DNA of 59,587 nt, filler included, from Sphacelaria rigidula (lineage: Eukaryota), in assembly GCA_964200075.2 (NCBI GenBank). It is 7 parts of 7 records of this genome, joined end to end, with 100 filler letters (N's around TTAATTAATTAA, not from the genome) between each part and the next. Parts side by side here need not be neighbours in the genome. Positions count along the whole stretch, not along the records: positions 1 to 8,427 come from CAXNAA020011169.1; positions 8,528 to 16,954 come from CAXNAA020011170.1; 5 more parts are not named here. The stretch is one strand, 5' to 3'. Of this stretch, positions 1-11,780 are shown in pieces (the stretch's first letter is position 1; the number at the start of each line of letters is the position of its first letter). The notes under the pieces are model-generated. The model saw only the letters and a list, made by a program, of their open reading frames with translations. It made no database searches and was not told where the DNA came from. Made by a program: the position numbers and the translations under genes.

Positions 1-311
1 CCCCCGGTCGCCCAGAATGAGGTTTTCGGGAAATTGGGGGGGTGAACACCGTTTTCCAGTCTGTAGGGCCCCTTGAAGATACGCTTATCTTGTGAGTTCG
101 CCTGGATCATGGCTCGTAGGGAATCAGTTAGTGTATGACAATCAATCAGTGTAACCAAATCAAACGATCATCTGCTTAAATGGGAAATTTGGATCCTCTC
201 GAAAAAGTGTCCTCCGGGGGGGTAGGCGGAGCCAAATTCTGTAAGTCTCGTAGTGAGGGTAATTTTTTGTCCAAAACGGATGTCTGTTGGTCACGTGCTC
301 TGAAAATTTAA

Positions 312-429
312 CCCTTTTGGAACCCATCGACGACTTTTGTTTTTGTTATTCAGCATCATTTTCAGTCATTTTCAAGTCAAAATGATGCCAATTCACAGAA
401 AAATAAATCGTCAATGGGTTCCCAAAGGG
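312..429. mobile_element. piggyBac-type MITE (118 bp) with TTAA target-site duplication
   Basis: TTAA|CCCTTTTGGAACCCATCGACGA ... TCGTCAATGGGTTCCCAAAGGG|TTAA. The 22-bp TIRs have 2 mismatches. CCC/GGG termini with a TTAA TSD are piggyBac hallmarks. Confidence 0.8.
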
Positions 430-450
430 TTAATCATGGTTCGGGATAGA

Positions 451-2400
451 TCAAGAGTTGAGATTTTTGCAATGAGCTTCGTTCCACTGTGTCGGAGAAG
501 CAGATGATGATGATGTAAATTGATCCTGTACGGTGCGGCGGGTGTCATGCGACCGGCCAGACCTGAGACGGGACCTAAAAGCGGATGTAAGTGAGTAAAA
601 GTCGGCTCGACTTGATATGTGAAAGTTCAGCTGTTCCTTGTTGCCCTGCTGCGGTTCGGACATCCCCAGTGCCCGGAACCTCTCCAATTCCGTGTAGGAT
701 GTGAGATATGACAGACTCACGTACAGGCGTGCTGCAGCGGTCTTCGTACGTTGCTTTATGTGCTGCCTCCGCTATTGTGGGTTCATGTTTGTAGACAAGT
801 TAGATCGGAAGCTACATCGCAGCACACTGGCAGACCTGGCCCGGCCGCATATTGCAGGCCTGGTACGCTTCGAGAAAGTGCATGGGGGCAACAGTAACCC
901 ATGGCTTGCAGTACAACCACCACCGGCGCCGTGCAGCAGCTATCGCATCGTATTGCGCACCGTGTGTTTTCCAATCCGTTTCGCAATCGTAGATATAATT
1001 CGTGTTATCCCCTGCTTGGAAGTGATCGGCCAAGTGGTTGGAGGTGTGCTTGGATGTGCTTGGCACACCAATGCTTAACCTTGCACAGCAGCAGTGGGAA
1101 GTATTCAAGCGACGGAAATCAAACTACTGGAAACTGTTCACAGTCGTACCGCATGAAAAATGACGGCGTTTTTTCACTCACAACCCCTTTGTCCGTCCGA
1201 AACGAAAAACACGATATGATGAAAGTTCCGGTGAGCGGTAAATTTGCACCGGATATAGCACCCCCAGTCTTTATGTGTCCAGCCTTGATTTGTGTTCCCG
1301 GGAAGGAAGGTACTGTACTGCTGTACAAACTCGTCCAGAGACACATTACGACGGGATCTCTCCGGACGACAAACATCCAGCGTCGCTAGCACCATGATGT
1401 ACCTCAGAGAAGAAATCAATCTGAACAAATCCTCGGTCGGGGAGAGCTCTTGTCCCCCACAGCCCACTGTACCAGTCGAGATGTCAAGCACATGAGCTGG
1501 GCTCGGTAGGTTTTGTCCTCTCCGGCAGTTTCCGTCTGTGCTGCAACCCAAGCCGATGCAGCAGTCGGTACTACTCAATCGGTGTTGATATCACGTGCAT
1601 CATCCCTACCGTAGCTGTCCTACAGGACGGGGACAGGAATAGCGATCCTAGCTGGGTGGTGGTTGACAGGCACAAGGGATACGTGGTACGTCCATGTGAA
1701 AATCAAGTATGTCGTACGTTTCCTCATCTCCTTGCACGTCCGTCGTGCCTGACCGCTTCATGAAACATTGCCGCACCGGCGCTACCACGGGCTGAACCTC
1801 ACCGCTGTGTTAAATGTATCGTCTTGGCATGAAAGCTACTCTTGGGCCGCTCGTATACACCACCACAGCCACGTGCAAGCATATCTGAGAAAATACCCGG
1901 ATTCGAAAAAGGTATGGCTGGTCCACCGCACGCAGTCTCTCGGTTGCCATCACCATGTTACCGGACAGGGAAACGTTGCTGCTCTGTTTAGTCTTCATGT
2001 TGCCGTGCCTACAGTCCCTGTCCAAGGTAACTGCAGCAACTGTGCGTGGCTGCCGGTGCTTGGGTCGTTCGCGACCTGGTTGCTGCTCATCACTGCTCGT
2101 AGGGTGGCTTCACTTGACTTGCTCTTGCTCGTGGTGCATCGTTTCCCACCGCAGACAGTTTCCCTTTGTTTGAGTTCAAGCTCGTCTTGCCTTTGTCTGA
2201 TTGGTCGAAGAGCTTTCGTCTGGTTGAACAAGGTTGAGCAAAGTCGACGCCATTATAACATGCATACTCATACAGACAGACACAACACTTTTGATCGCTC
2301 GCGCTTGAAACCTAGCCACACACTTGCGAATTGCGCGTATCAACCAAAAATGTATCGAGCACATTCATACCCTCAAGTTTTGTGTGCACTGAACTATTGA
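451..2400 (-). pseudogene. Heavily decayed, frameshifted transposase-like coding remnant (possibly MULE-like with a GCM-like N-terminus)
   Basis: Patchwork of minus-strand frames with weak motifs: 'RGCGGVYERPKSSF', 'RRRWWLYCKPWVTVAPMHF', and a frameshifted 'STNM..HNS'. No intact ORF. Confidence 0.3.
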
Positions 2401-2635
2401 CGTTTCTATCTATACTTTCGTGTGAAATAAAACGTGGGTGACGTGGCAGCCTGTATCCTTGAGATCTGCAATCAACCATGTAACACAGTAGTTAACATAG
2501 CGGCTTCTGAGCAACATGAAAACCGAACGCAGTTACCTATACATTACTCTCCTGTAGTGTATGAACACTGGAGCTGCAGCTTCCGCCACCCCCCACCTCC
2601 GCCCCCGTCCCTCCCCACTTCCGTCTCTGTCGCAG

Positions 2636-2812
2636 TTGGTCGTAAATCTTGACCCGGCAAAACCAGAGCTGGGACTGATTTCCCCGCACCTACGTAGCAT
2701 GCACGGCGCAAGCGGATGTGTATGTGACAAGGTCTCGCGAAAAGACATTCTGATCAACCACTACCTGGGCTCCAAGGGCGACTTCATGGACAAGACGAGG
2801 AGATATTGGCAG
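2636..2812 (+). CDS. Isolated internal exon LVVNLDPAKPELGLISPHLRSMHGASGCVCDKVSRKDILINHYLGSKGDFMDKTRRYWQ; product unknown, weakly like the C-terminal INHY motif of GT92/DUF23-type glycosyltransferases
   Basis: Polypyrimidine tract plus CGCAG acceptor ending at 2635, 177-bp open phase-0 exon, CAG|GT donor at 2813. Confidence 0.5.
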
Positions 2813-3149
2813 GTCCTCGAACTGTACTACTCTTCGTAGCGCTCTCATGTAGGGGCAAGTTGATAGAAACATTGCTGCTCTCTTGTAGTGTGCATGCGTT
2901 GTGTGTTCGGGGGTACTTCGGGGAGTGGGGCGGAAATTTATTCACGCAAAGAAATAGTGCTGTTTAAGACGTACATTTTTTGCGGGTAATTTCGGCTTTT
3001 GTGCGGCGCTGTCGTGTAGCTATCTCGCAGCTGCTCTCATGTACCGTAGTCCGACTGCATATGAAGATACAAAATAATGTGACGGATGACGGTGTCGCTG
3101 CAGCGTACACTGCTTCACTCGTGACTGAGAGATGACAAGACAAGAAGCT

Positions 3150-4945
3150 CGGGCTCAGCTTTTGGGTCAGCCGAGAAATTTGAATCGGGCAGGTAGTGCG
3201 GTGCGATTTTTTGTTTTGTAAGTCTTCGGCCTCGTGGTGTCTTCACTTACGGAACAGTCCAGTATTTCGTACTGACTTGAATCACGTTTGTGTCCAAATT
3301 CAGCGGCGCCAGTTGCTGGATCTGATCATCCCGTGTGCGCGAAGGGGGTCATTTTCCACCCATTCGAAGTCGACATCGGTTTCCGATATAACCCTAACCT
3401 CACCTATTATCAACTCGGTCCAAAACAAATTCCACGAGGATGGGTGCCATGTGCAGTGGTGGCGAATATTACTCAGGAATCGTGGTGATAGATCTCGAGC
3501 CTGTATCATAGCGGAAAGCCGTCTTGTAGTACCCGTGCATTGGGGCACACGGTGTCGCCGGCACAGCTGCACATATGTATGGCCAGGTCGTGTACGATGG
3601 CAAGATGAGACTTTCGGATGGAACATGTCCCTATATACGGTTTGAGGCGGTGTATGGTATATAACATTATGGCGTTTCTTATCTCTCCTGTTTGTTTGTT
3701 TTTGCGCCACTATTATAAAAATCACAACGAGAACACCTGCATTTTTCTTGTATTTCCAGGAAAATCACAGCGTGGACAGAGTGGAAAAGTTCATGGAAAA
3801 CCGAGACGTGAATGAGATCTCATCGGACACCATCACGCACTGGGCCTGTGCCACGCGCGAGATACTTGCCAGAGTCACAGAGGGGTTGGACGTGGCTACT
3901 GGGGAACGAATACGCTGACGCGAAGCATGACACTGGGACCGAGGTGAGCTCCGGTACATCGAAACGCGTCATTCTAACTACGGCCCTTTGCATCTCGCAT
4001 GAATGACACTCTACACGTGTGTCTTGTCCACCTCGTGTGCTCGTGTAGTTTTCCCCGTGTGGACCCGTGGAGATACGTGGTGATACATGGTGCAAGCAGA
4101 ATAGCTCATTTTCAGATGAGCTTTTAGACAGAGACTACTGCACGGCACGTATGACGATACCGAAGCAAGCCACGCATATCCACGAGAACATGCAGACCAC
4201 CAGCCTCATCGGCACGGCACAGTGTCGACGAAAATTTACACCGCTTGCAAAGATGCCCTGGACGGGAAAGCGTACCGCGGTGCAGGCTGCAGATCCGTTT
4301 TTGCAATATTCGAGAAGACACGTAAGATAGGGTAAAGCCCGAGTATGACCATGTTGGGGCGTCGATACCCCGGAGGATGTGAGATATTCCGTATTATTGG
4401 GCGGTCGATACTCCAGGTACTCTGGAACACTCGGTACTTATCTTCCGCAGTCGAAACCACTTCAGGTGCTCTGGGATATCCAGTATTTTTGGATGTCGAG
4501 ACATTCAAGTGCTGTGGAGCACTCAGTCTTCGAAGAAATATATGGTTGAAGCACTGTGAAATATCCGGTATTTTCGACAGTCGATGCTCCTTCATATCTC
4601 GAGTGATCAATCGCTGGAGTCACTTCTTTCGTTGTAGAAGCGGGACCAACCTGTTTCGTCCTTTGATCCCCCACCTCCATAGAAATGAATCACGGTTAGG
4701 ACAAATCATCACGACTACGAGTCACCAAATCCACGATTTCTTCGGCTTGATTGCCCAAAAGAGAGAAAAGTTGACCGCTTGTCCAAGGGGTATCCACGCA
4801 ACTTTTGCGCCATTCCACGTGTCTGGGCTACGTGTACCTGGGTTGCAACGCTGAAAACAAAGCTGAGGGATTGATTCGTACGAATCGAATCGATTATACT
4901 ATACCCAACTAATTTCCAGACGAATCATTATTTGTCCGACCCTTG
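3150..4945 (-). pseudogene. Decayed coding-like repeat of unknown family; its 5' part (4680-4945) has a homolog at 16100-16380 (+)
   Basis: The reverse complement of 4680-4945 aligns with 16100-16380 (CAAGGGTCGGACAA...GTACGAATCAATCC...AG|CGTTGCAACCCAGGTAC...CACGTGGAATGGCGCAAAA). Both translate to LQPRYxxPRHVEWRKxCVxT. Confidence 0.45.
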
Positions 4946-5289
4946 AGATGTTGCCCCTCTTTCTCTGTGCATTGCGTCGTTGGTGTGTGTGAGATGTGCC
5001 AGGAGGGAGAGCTGACGTGACGTGGCGAGATCATCAGGGCGTGGCGTTGCTACTGCGCGCGTAGAAGCACGGCATGGGTCTAGTGTTGATGCTCGGCGAC
5101 TAGTGCAGGCAGGACGATCATCATGCGTCGTTGTATTCTGGAAAAGTAGCAAGAATTGCATGAAACGGGTGGCTGTATGGCATGAGCACGTGCTGTTTTA
5201 CGGGCACCACCTCCTCCCCCCGAGAAAAGCAATGACGTACATTTTCAAAAACAAATTGATGGAGGACTCTATGTCTTGTAAGGAATGAT

Positions 5290-5378
5290 AGCAGGGGCGG
5301 AATTGGAAAGACGAGCCAACGTCTGTGACTACGAGTTCGAGAGATCGGACTTATTGGCGGAAATAATAATAAATAATA
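5290..5378 (+). mobile_element. Non-LTR retroelement 3' end with degenerate (AAT)n tail; same family as 7110-7206
   Basis: AGCAGGG...ATTGGAAAG...CGTCTGTGACTACG.GTTCG.GAGATCGGACT...GCGGAAATAAT is shared with 7110-7206. Confidence 0.6.
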
Positions 5379-6582
5379 GCACTTTACCTAACTGGTACGT
5401 CGGTTGGCAGGAAAGAAATCGGCCATGCCAAGACCAATTTTGCTACCCCTGCCGATAGTTTCCTTTCACAGATTATCCAAGTTCTAGACTATGAACTTTT
5501 AGCGGTAGACGGAGGAGATGAATTGTATACCTCACTGTTGTGAAAGAGTGGGTGCGTAGCCGTAGGTTTGTCTGTAGACGTAACCTGTACAGGCGGATGA
5601 TTTGAACGATGTTTGTCCAAGACGGCATATCTGTTCCATTGGGTATTTGTGAAGTGGTGCGATTGTGTTCTCTGTTTAGTAAGCTTGTGTTGTGCGAGAT
5701 TAGTGTGTTGCAGAACGAGATGATTTTGCTGTATAGTCGTTAGTTGAAGGTGTGTTGTTTGTTCGTTCGACGATATCTTTGATTTATTTTATACGACATG
5801 TTTACTGTAGTTGTCTGGTGCTTCAATCTGCGTGTGACCTTTACCATGTTTTTTTTTCTGATAACCAATTGAATGCGGTCGTAAGTTTGCATGCGTATCC
5901 GCTCAACCCTCGACAGAGGCGCCGTGCGCCGCAACTAAACAAAATCCTAAAAGACGTCAAGAGAGGGGCGAATGGGAAAACTCAGACATCAACCATTCGA
6001 GATGTTGTCACCAGCTGATAGTCACACCACACCCGTCCCCCGGATCTCACAAACCTCGACTTCAATTCATACACTGTTATTGTCACTTAACGACAGAAAT
6101 ACTATCCCTTGTACATTGCTGCTTTTTCTACAGTAAACCGTCCTACCTGACTCGTGAAACGGGCAATCATCCAGGCCGCGGTGTTCTGATGGAAGGCTTA
6201 TTTCAACCGCTGTAAACGTGCGTAAGTTTTTTTCACCCGCTCCTGCAAGACACATCGATTCTTCCCGAACACAGAATCGAACCTTTCTTGCATGTGATTT
6301 TTGTCGTTAGTTTTTGTTTCTGATTCGCAATCGAGTGCGGTCGTGTAACCATTACGAGCGTATCCGCTCATGGCTGCTATGTTTCTCTTCGGTGTAGATT
6401 TTGCGGGATACTTTTTGTTTCGAACGTGTGAGGGGTTGGAGTGCGGTATCGTCTGACGTAAGCTGGTCATCCGGTAGAAGATGGTTGCGCGGCTACGTGT
6501 TGTGCCTGCGCTGTGCCACCATATTCTGCTGGCAAAACAGCAGCAACAGCCCACGAGGAATCAAAGATAAAAATCGAGAGAT

Positions 6583-6839
6583 GAGTGATGCTACGGTAGG
6601 GGTACACACATATTTTCTGAGGTAAGAATTGTCAGGAGCCATTTCTCTCATAAAAAACACGACTTAGGAAAATATGTAAGAGTACGCCAGGATTACTATT
6701 CCAATGTGCTGGGGATATCCCGAATAAATCTGCGAACGAGGATGCCTTGGCCCATATTCTTGTGCGTCTCGAATCGTTAGGAGCCCCTGAACCAGACAAA
6801 ATCTCGCGAAAAAAGTGCACCCCTACCGTAGCATTGCTC
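6583..6839. mobile_element. Non-autonomous TIR element (257 bp) with GAG...CTC termini and a 4-bp TSD AGAT (Sola-like)
   Basis: AGAT|GAGTGATGCTACGGTAGGGGTACAC ... GTGCACCCCTACCGTAGCATTGCTC|AGAT. A matching right end (GTGCACCCCTACCGTAGCACCACTC) is at about 27973-27997. Confidence 0.75.
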
Positions 6840-6949
6840 AGATGGGAACAACTTGTCCGTTATAAGCGATGAAGGGGGGATCTGGTGGGGGGGGAGGGGG
6901 GGGGGCGTACTCATTTGCTGCTCACAGTATTAATATTCATTCGAAGATG

Positions 6950-7206
6950 CTGTCGAACAGCACTACCAAACTTTGCTGGCATTGACATATGCCAATCAGT
7001 ACAGAAGAGAGCAGAACTCGACAGTTTACCGTTCTTATATCTTCTCTCCTTCTTTCTTTCGGCGTACACTTCTGACAGATCTTATTTTGGTAATGTGTCT
7101 GGTAAGGAATAGCAGGGACGGTATTGGAAAGGCGAACCTACGTCTGTGACTACGGGTTCGCGAGATCGGACTAAAGTGCGGAAATAATGATAATAATAAT
7201 AATAAT
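6950..7206 (+). mobile_element. LINE/SINE 3' end with (AAT)n tail
   Basis: T-rich 3'-UTR-like stretch, a conserved terminal box shared with 5290-5378, and an AATAATAAT tail. The 5' boundary is approximate. Confidence 0.6.
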
Positions 7207-8364
7207 GAGAAAGTAACGGGCGTAAAACGGTTTGCACGTGGACCGCCGCGCCCCGGTGGTGTAATGGTCCGACTATCGCCATCATGGTGGAGAGAACGGG
7301 GGTTCTTCGTAATGTATGATTTCCCCCGTGGAAAGCGTGAGAACGTGAATAAACAACGTAGTCGACTAGGTTTGCGTGACGTGAGTTGACGCGGTGCGCA
7401 ATTGCTGACCCAATCCGCGAGCCCAAAATGCAAGGCGCGTACCGGGGGAGAGAAGGGTTTGATCCCTTGAGACCAGGGACTCATCCTGAGGAAGGGGAGG
7501 GGTTCAAAGTATGAGGGGAAAAGAAGAAAAAAAGCGGGAAAGGGGGATTTTCATTCAGAAGAAACTCTCTGTTTCCCCGTGGGTGTTACATTCGCAAAAA
7601 CTATGTCGTCGTTCTTTCATACCTGGCGGGGGGACGGGGAAGCCACAGTTCCTCAGGTAACAAGAGTCATTTCAATCATGTGGACGTGGGTCAGAAAATC
7701 GAACTGTTTTGTTTCTATAGCTGTTCCATCTTCGCATTGATGAGCTCCACAGACAAGCTACGAAATCTCTCCGCAGCTTGATGTTTTTTGGGGGGCTCTG
7801 CGCATCAATATAATAACATGCCTACCAGCACATGAGAAATTGGGTACATGCTGGTAACATCGATGATGCCAGTCTCTCGAGCGATTGGTAATCGCCGAGC
7901 AAAGACATAAAAAAGACACGGGCGAGGAGCTTCCTCTATGTCGTTCCTTCTCTCTCTGGTGATACGGTCATCGACACGCGTGTACACACCATTCGTTCGG
8001 TGCACCTAGCCACAACTGATTCACTGCTGCAGAGTTTGGGGGGGAAATATGGTTTCGCCCTGTGTGACTGTTTCGCGTCATCCCTGCAAAAAAGATATGC
8101 CACTTGAACCTCATTTTTGAGATCGACCCCATTTTCCAGGATCCACTGTTCTTGGGCGTGGGACTGAGGCACGGAAACGTGTGTGTTTTCGAGGTTTTCA
8201 GCCCGCGTGCAGCGCCGCACCCCAAAGCGAAAAATGCGTTACCCTTTGAGTACATTGTTCCTTATTTGTCCCTGGAACCGCGCGAGGGCAGTCCATCTGG
8301 ATCATGCATACTTTTTGTCAAGTGAAATTCATGCCGATTCAACGGATTACCTACTGAAGCCGAA

Positions 8365-8427
8365 GCCGGTCGCCCCGGTGGCTCAGTTGGTAACCTCGTA
8401 ACCTTCTGATGGTTGAGTTGGGGGGTT
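8365..8427 (+). mobile_element. tRNA-like SINE head, truncated by the contig end
   Basis: GCCGGTCGCCCCGGTGGCTCAGTTGGTAACCTCG is near-identical to 57485-57518 and contains the A-box TGGCTCAGTTGG. Confidence 0.7.
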
Positions 8428-8527
8428 NNNNNNNNNNNNNNNNNNNNNNNNNNNNNNNNNNNNNNNNNNNNTTAATTAATTAANNNNNNNNNNNNNNNNN
8501 NNNNNNNNNNNNNNNNNNNNNNNNNNN
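8428..8527. other. Artificial contig spacer N44-TTAATTAATTAA-N44; identical spacers at 16955-17054, 25482-25581, 34009-34108, 42536-42635 and 51062-51161
   Basis: Six identical 100-bp spacers containing a six-frame stop linker. The intervening contigs are 8427, 8427, 8427, 8427, 8427, 8426 and 8426 bp. Confidence 0.98.
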
Positions 8528-8893
8528 ATGAGTACCCCCCCCCCCCCCCCCCGCGAGTAATGTTGTTTTCCCAAAACCCTATGGTCACGATCGAACTAAG
8601 GATCACGAGGGGGGAAAACAAACAACGTCAACTTGCTTTTTTCGAAGATCGCGGAAAATTTCCCGTGGGCATAACGCGTTACAGTTATTTCCCTCGAACT
8701 CTGAAGAAAAGCAGTGAAGCTACGCATGTTATTCACTGCCACAGAAAGTCGCTTTTGCTCCGATGTTCATGTCCAAACTGGTTATTTTCAAGAGGGTGTC
8801 ACTGTGGTCGTTACTACAGCACTGTACTACAAGTGTTTTTTTTGTGCAAGAACAAATTTGGAGAACAACTCTCGTATGTATGTGTATCCTGAC

Positions 8894-9085
8894 CTGAGAC
8901 GTTGTTCCGGCAGCCTTCTTCGCCTTTTTCGCCACCGTTTCTAGCTCGTACAGCTCGTCATCATCCACGCCCATGGCCTTGGGCGCTTCACCGACAGCAT
9001 CGTCATCGTCATCATCTCGTCGGAGTATCTTGCCAGCCTCCTCTTGGACCTCAGTGGCGCTGCTCTCCACCGCATCCACAGTTGC
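8894..9085 (-). CDS. Probable myosin tail exon (ATVDAVESSATEVQEEAGK...AGTTSQ), acidic and helical
   Basis: 192-bp phase 0-0 exon with TAG acceptor and CAG|GTCAGG donor, in frame after the converter exon. Confidence 0.78.
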
Positions 9086-10155
9086 CTATATACGGAAATC
9101 AAAATAACAACAAGATTCACTCGACGGTGAAAAAGACGATGAAAACGTACGATAACAACAAAAACGGCAAGATATGAAACGATGCCTTCTGGTTTTTATT
9201 TTCTAACTGTTTCAACTTGTTTTGTACGGAGCACGTTCCTGAGGTTCCTGAGGTTCTTGAGGTCCTGTCATTCCTGTCCCCTGAACAACATTCACGACAA
9301 GACATTCCGCAGGATCAACAGCTTTGCTAGCTGTCTGGTCCACACAAGGGCTCATTCCCTTCCCAAGGGCTAACAAGTTGTGTGTGTGCTTTACATTACA
9401 TCCACGAACCTAGACTACACGGCTAGAGCATCAACACAGAGCCCGCGGTAGACAGTCTTGTGTGGTGGTGAACCAATCTCATTTTGCCGTAATCTTGGGA
9501 AATATTGTCGACTTACACTACCTGGTAAAGAAACGCGAAATAAACAATCTGAATAAAGCCTACTTTCCACGCGTCGGAGATCTCATGAGCAGCTACCTAA
9601 AAAAACTGATCAAAAACCTCTGTCAGATGTTTTGGTCCAAGCACACAAAATACGTGACCGCGGGGTCAGAGACGTCAGAGTGCAACCTTTGCGCCACCCC
9701 ACGTGATGGGCGTCCAGCGCTTCAGGGAGCAAACATGGGAATAAGGGTTAAAAGAGCTAGCGCATGATGCGGATCGGCACATTAATAGGAAGTGATACCT
9801 AGGTAGCTCGCGAGCTGTCCGACTTGTGCTGTAGAAATTCAGCTGTTCGGAGACGTTATTCACGTGGATAAAATGGTGCACAATGGCTACAATATTTAGC
9901 TATACTATGATACTCTCCATGAGAATTTCCGGCACACCTTGCGTGAGATTTTTCCCCACTAAGTTTGATTTCGATGAATAAATTTGCGTACGCACATACA
10001 GTATACACAAACACACTCCTTCAAGTTTTTTCCGTTTTTTAGTTTCCGACATTTTGTCCGGACCAAAGTTCCGTACGCGAGATGGTCCAAACTCCAACTG
10101 CGTGTACCATACCGATAGAAGTGCCGCCGAAAAATCGGAAGAGTGCAAGGAACAC

Positions 10156-10200
10156 CTGCCTGCCTGCCTGCCTGCTTGCTTGCTTGCTTGCTTGCTTGCG
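10156..10200. repeat. Compound (CCTG)n(CTTG)n microsatellite
   Basis: cctgcctgcctgcctgcctgcttgcttgcttgcttgcttgcttgcg. Confidence 0.9.
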
Positions 10201-10428
10201 TGCAAAAGCTTGATTCGAAAAATAACAAAATCGAGATGCTTATGCCAAGTATTGCTTTCATTTGTGCACACCCTGGACAATAGATTACATTGCCAAAAAG
10301 CGTACTGCGTACAGTATCGACTATTGCGTCTAATGCGATAAACAATAGATCCCATACTGCACGCAGTACATTTTTTGACAATGTAATACATTGTCATCAT
10401 CCAGGGTGTGCATCTTTTCATCCTCTAC

Positions 10429-10608
10429 CTGAGCCTCTTCAGCTGCAGCCTTTGCCTTATGCCTGTTGGCGAGAGCCTCCTTCAGCCTCCCGAGCACCCA
10501 AGCGCCCTTGTCCGATCTCGTTTCGTTGAGAATTTTCTGCAGAGTCAAGATCTGTCCCACCCTGAAAAATACGCGGGTCTTGCCCAGTTTGAACACGTCG
10601 GGGTTCAC
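10429..10608 (-). CDS. Myosin heavy chain exon, converter (VNPDVFKLGKTRVFFRVGQ...AAAEEAQ)
   Basis: GKTRVFFR converter motif. 180-bp phase 0-0 exon with CAG acceptor and CAG|GTAGAG donor. Confidence 0.93.
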
Positions 10609-10879
10609 CTGCCGAAACAATAGATACATGCCAATTATTACATGTATTGTTATCACTAATGTTGCCAACATTGTCATCATTTTCGCGCATGAACCGAATT
10701 TTATGTGTGAAAGCGCGCGTTTCTGCTCCCATCGAACTTATTTCATCTACCTTCGGGTATGTCCGTCTTGTGATCAAGCGTGACTTTGAAGCGGACTAGT
10801 TAGTGTGCTGAACAATAATATGATATACTTCGAAGTATATAATAAGATACTGATCGCGTCTGACACAACAGAAGAACCA

Positions 10880-11274
10880 GGATTGCCGGGCAACTCAGCC
10901 TAACTCAGCCCGAAACTATTTTCGGGTTTTCATCAGAATTTGACGCAACTATGTATTTCTTCCTTCTCTTTTTTTATTTTTTCGCTCCTCTTAGTTTACT
11001 CTGTCTGTATGTTCTACATTTTTATGCTTTCTTCACTTTTTCCTCAGCGAGTGTGTTTCAGTTTTGACTCGTCTCCGGTACGTCTATCATGTGGATCATG
11101 ACCAAGGCTGGATCATGACTACCTGGGGAATCAGTTCAAGTGCGACAATCAATCATTCAATCAATTCATCAATTAGTCATTTGATCGAATATCACTACCG
11201 CGGTGGGGCTGAGCCAACAAGACAAGGCTGGATCATGACTACCTGGGGAATCAGTTCAAGTGCAACAATCAATT

Positions 11275-11309
<35 letters not shown>

Positions 11310-11383
11310 TAACCAATCAATCAATCAATCAACTAGTCATTTGATCAAATATCACTACCGCGGTGTGGCTGAGCAAACAAGAC
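10880..11383 (+). mobile_element. Non-LTR retroelement 3' end with (AATC)n tail, whose terminus plus flank is tandemly duplicated
   Basis: CAAGGCTGGATCATGACTACCTGGGGAATCAGTTCAAGTGC-(AATC)n-...ATCACTACCGCGGT...GAGC.AACAAGAC occurs at 11103-11222 and 11223-11383. A related end lies at about 102-160. Confidence 0.7.
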
Positions 11384-11780
11384 TAGCTGCTTGTACCTTC
11401 GATGTAGTTGCGCCTAAGTGAGTTCTGCACCTTCAGTTGATTCTGATGCCGAAGCACTGCCTTTTCGTGGCGTAAAATATGCACACAGTAAATACCTACA
11501 CGCCACACACTGTACACGCATGTGACGGAACATGGGTGGTAAAAAACAATAAACTTAGGGTTAGGTTAACCCACTGCGCTCGTATCATAGTAAAAAAAAA
11601 ACACATATATATTTTGTTCCATCATAATGTCGAAAACAAGTATGTTCCGACGTGACCATACCGCGCCAAATGTTTCGTATGTTTGGCAAGTTTAACTTAC
11701 AGAGCTATTTTCAAAAGCAGGAGGAGAGGCCGACTGGCACTCTTTCATGATGTTTTTTTTTTCCTTCTTTCCAGTCTCAC

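Noticed and set aside
8472..8483. Regularly spaced TTAATTAATTAA motif every 8527 bp or so
   Set aside because: It is an artificial linker inside the N spacers and is not biological.
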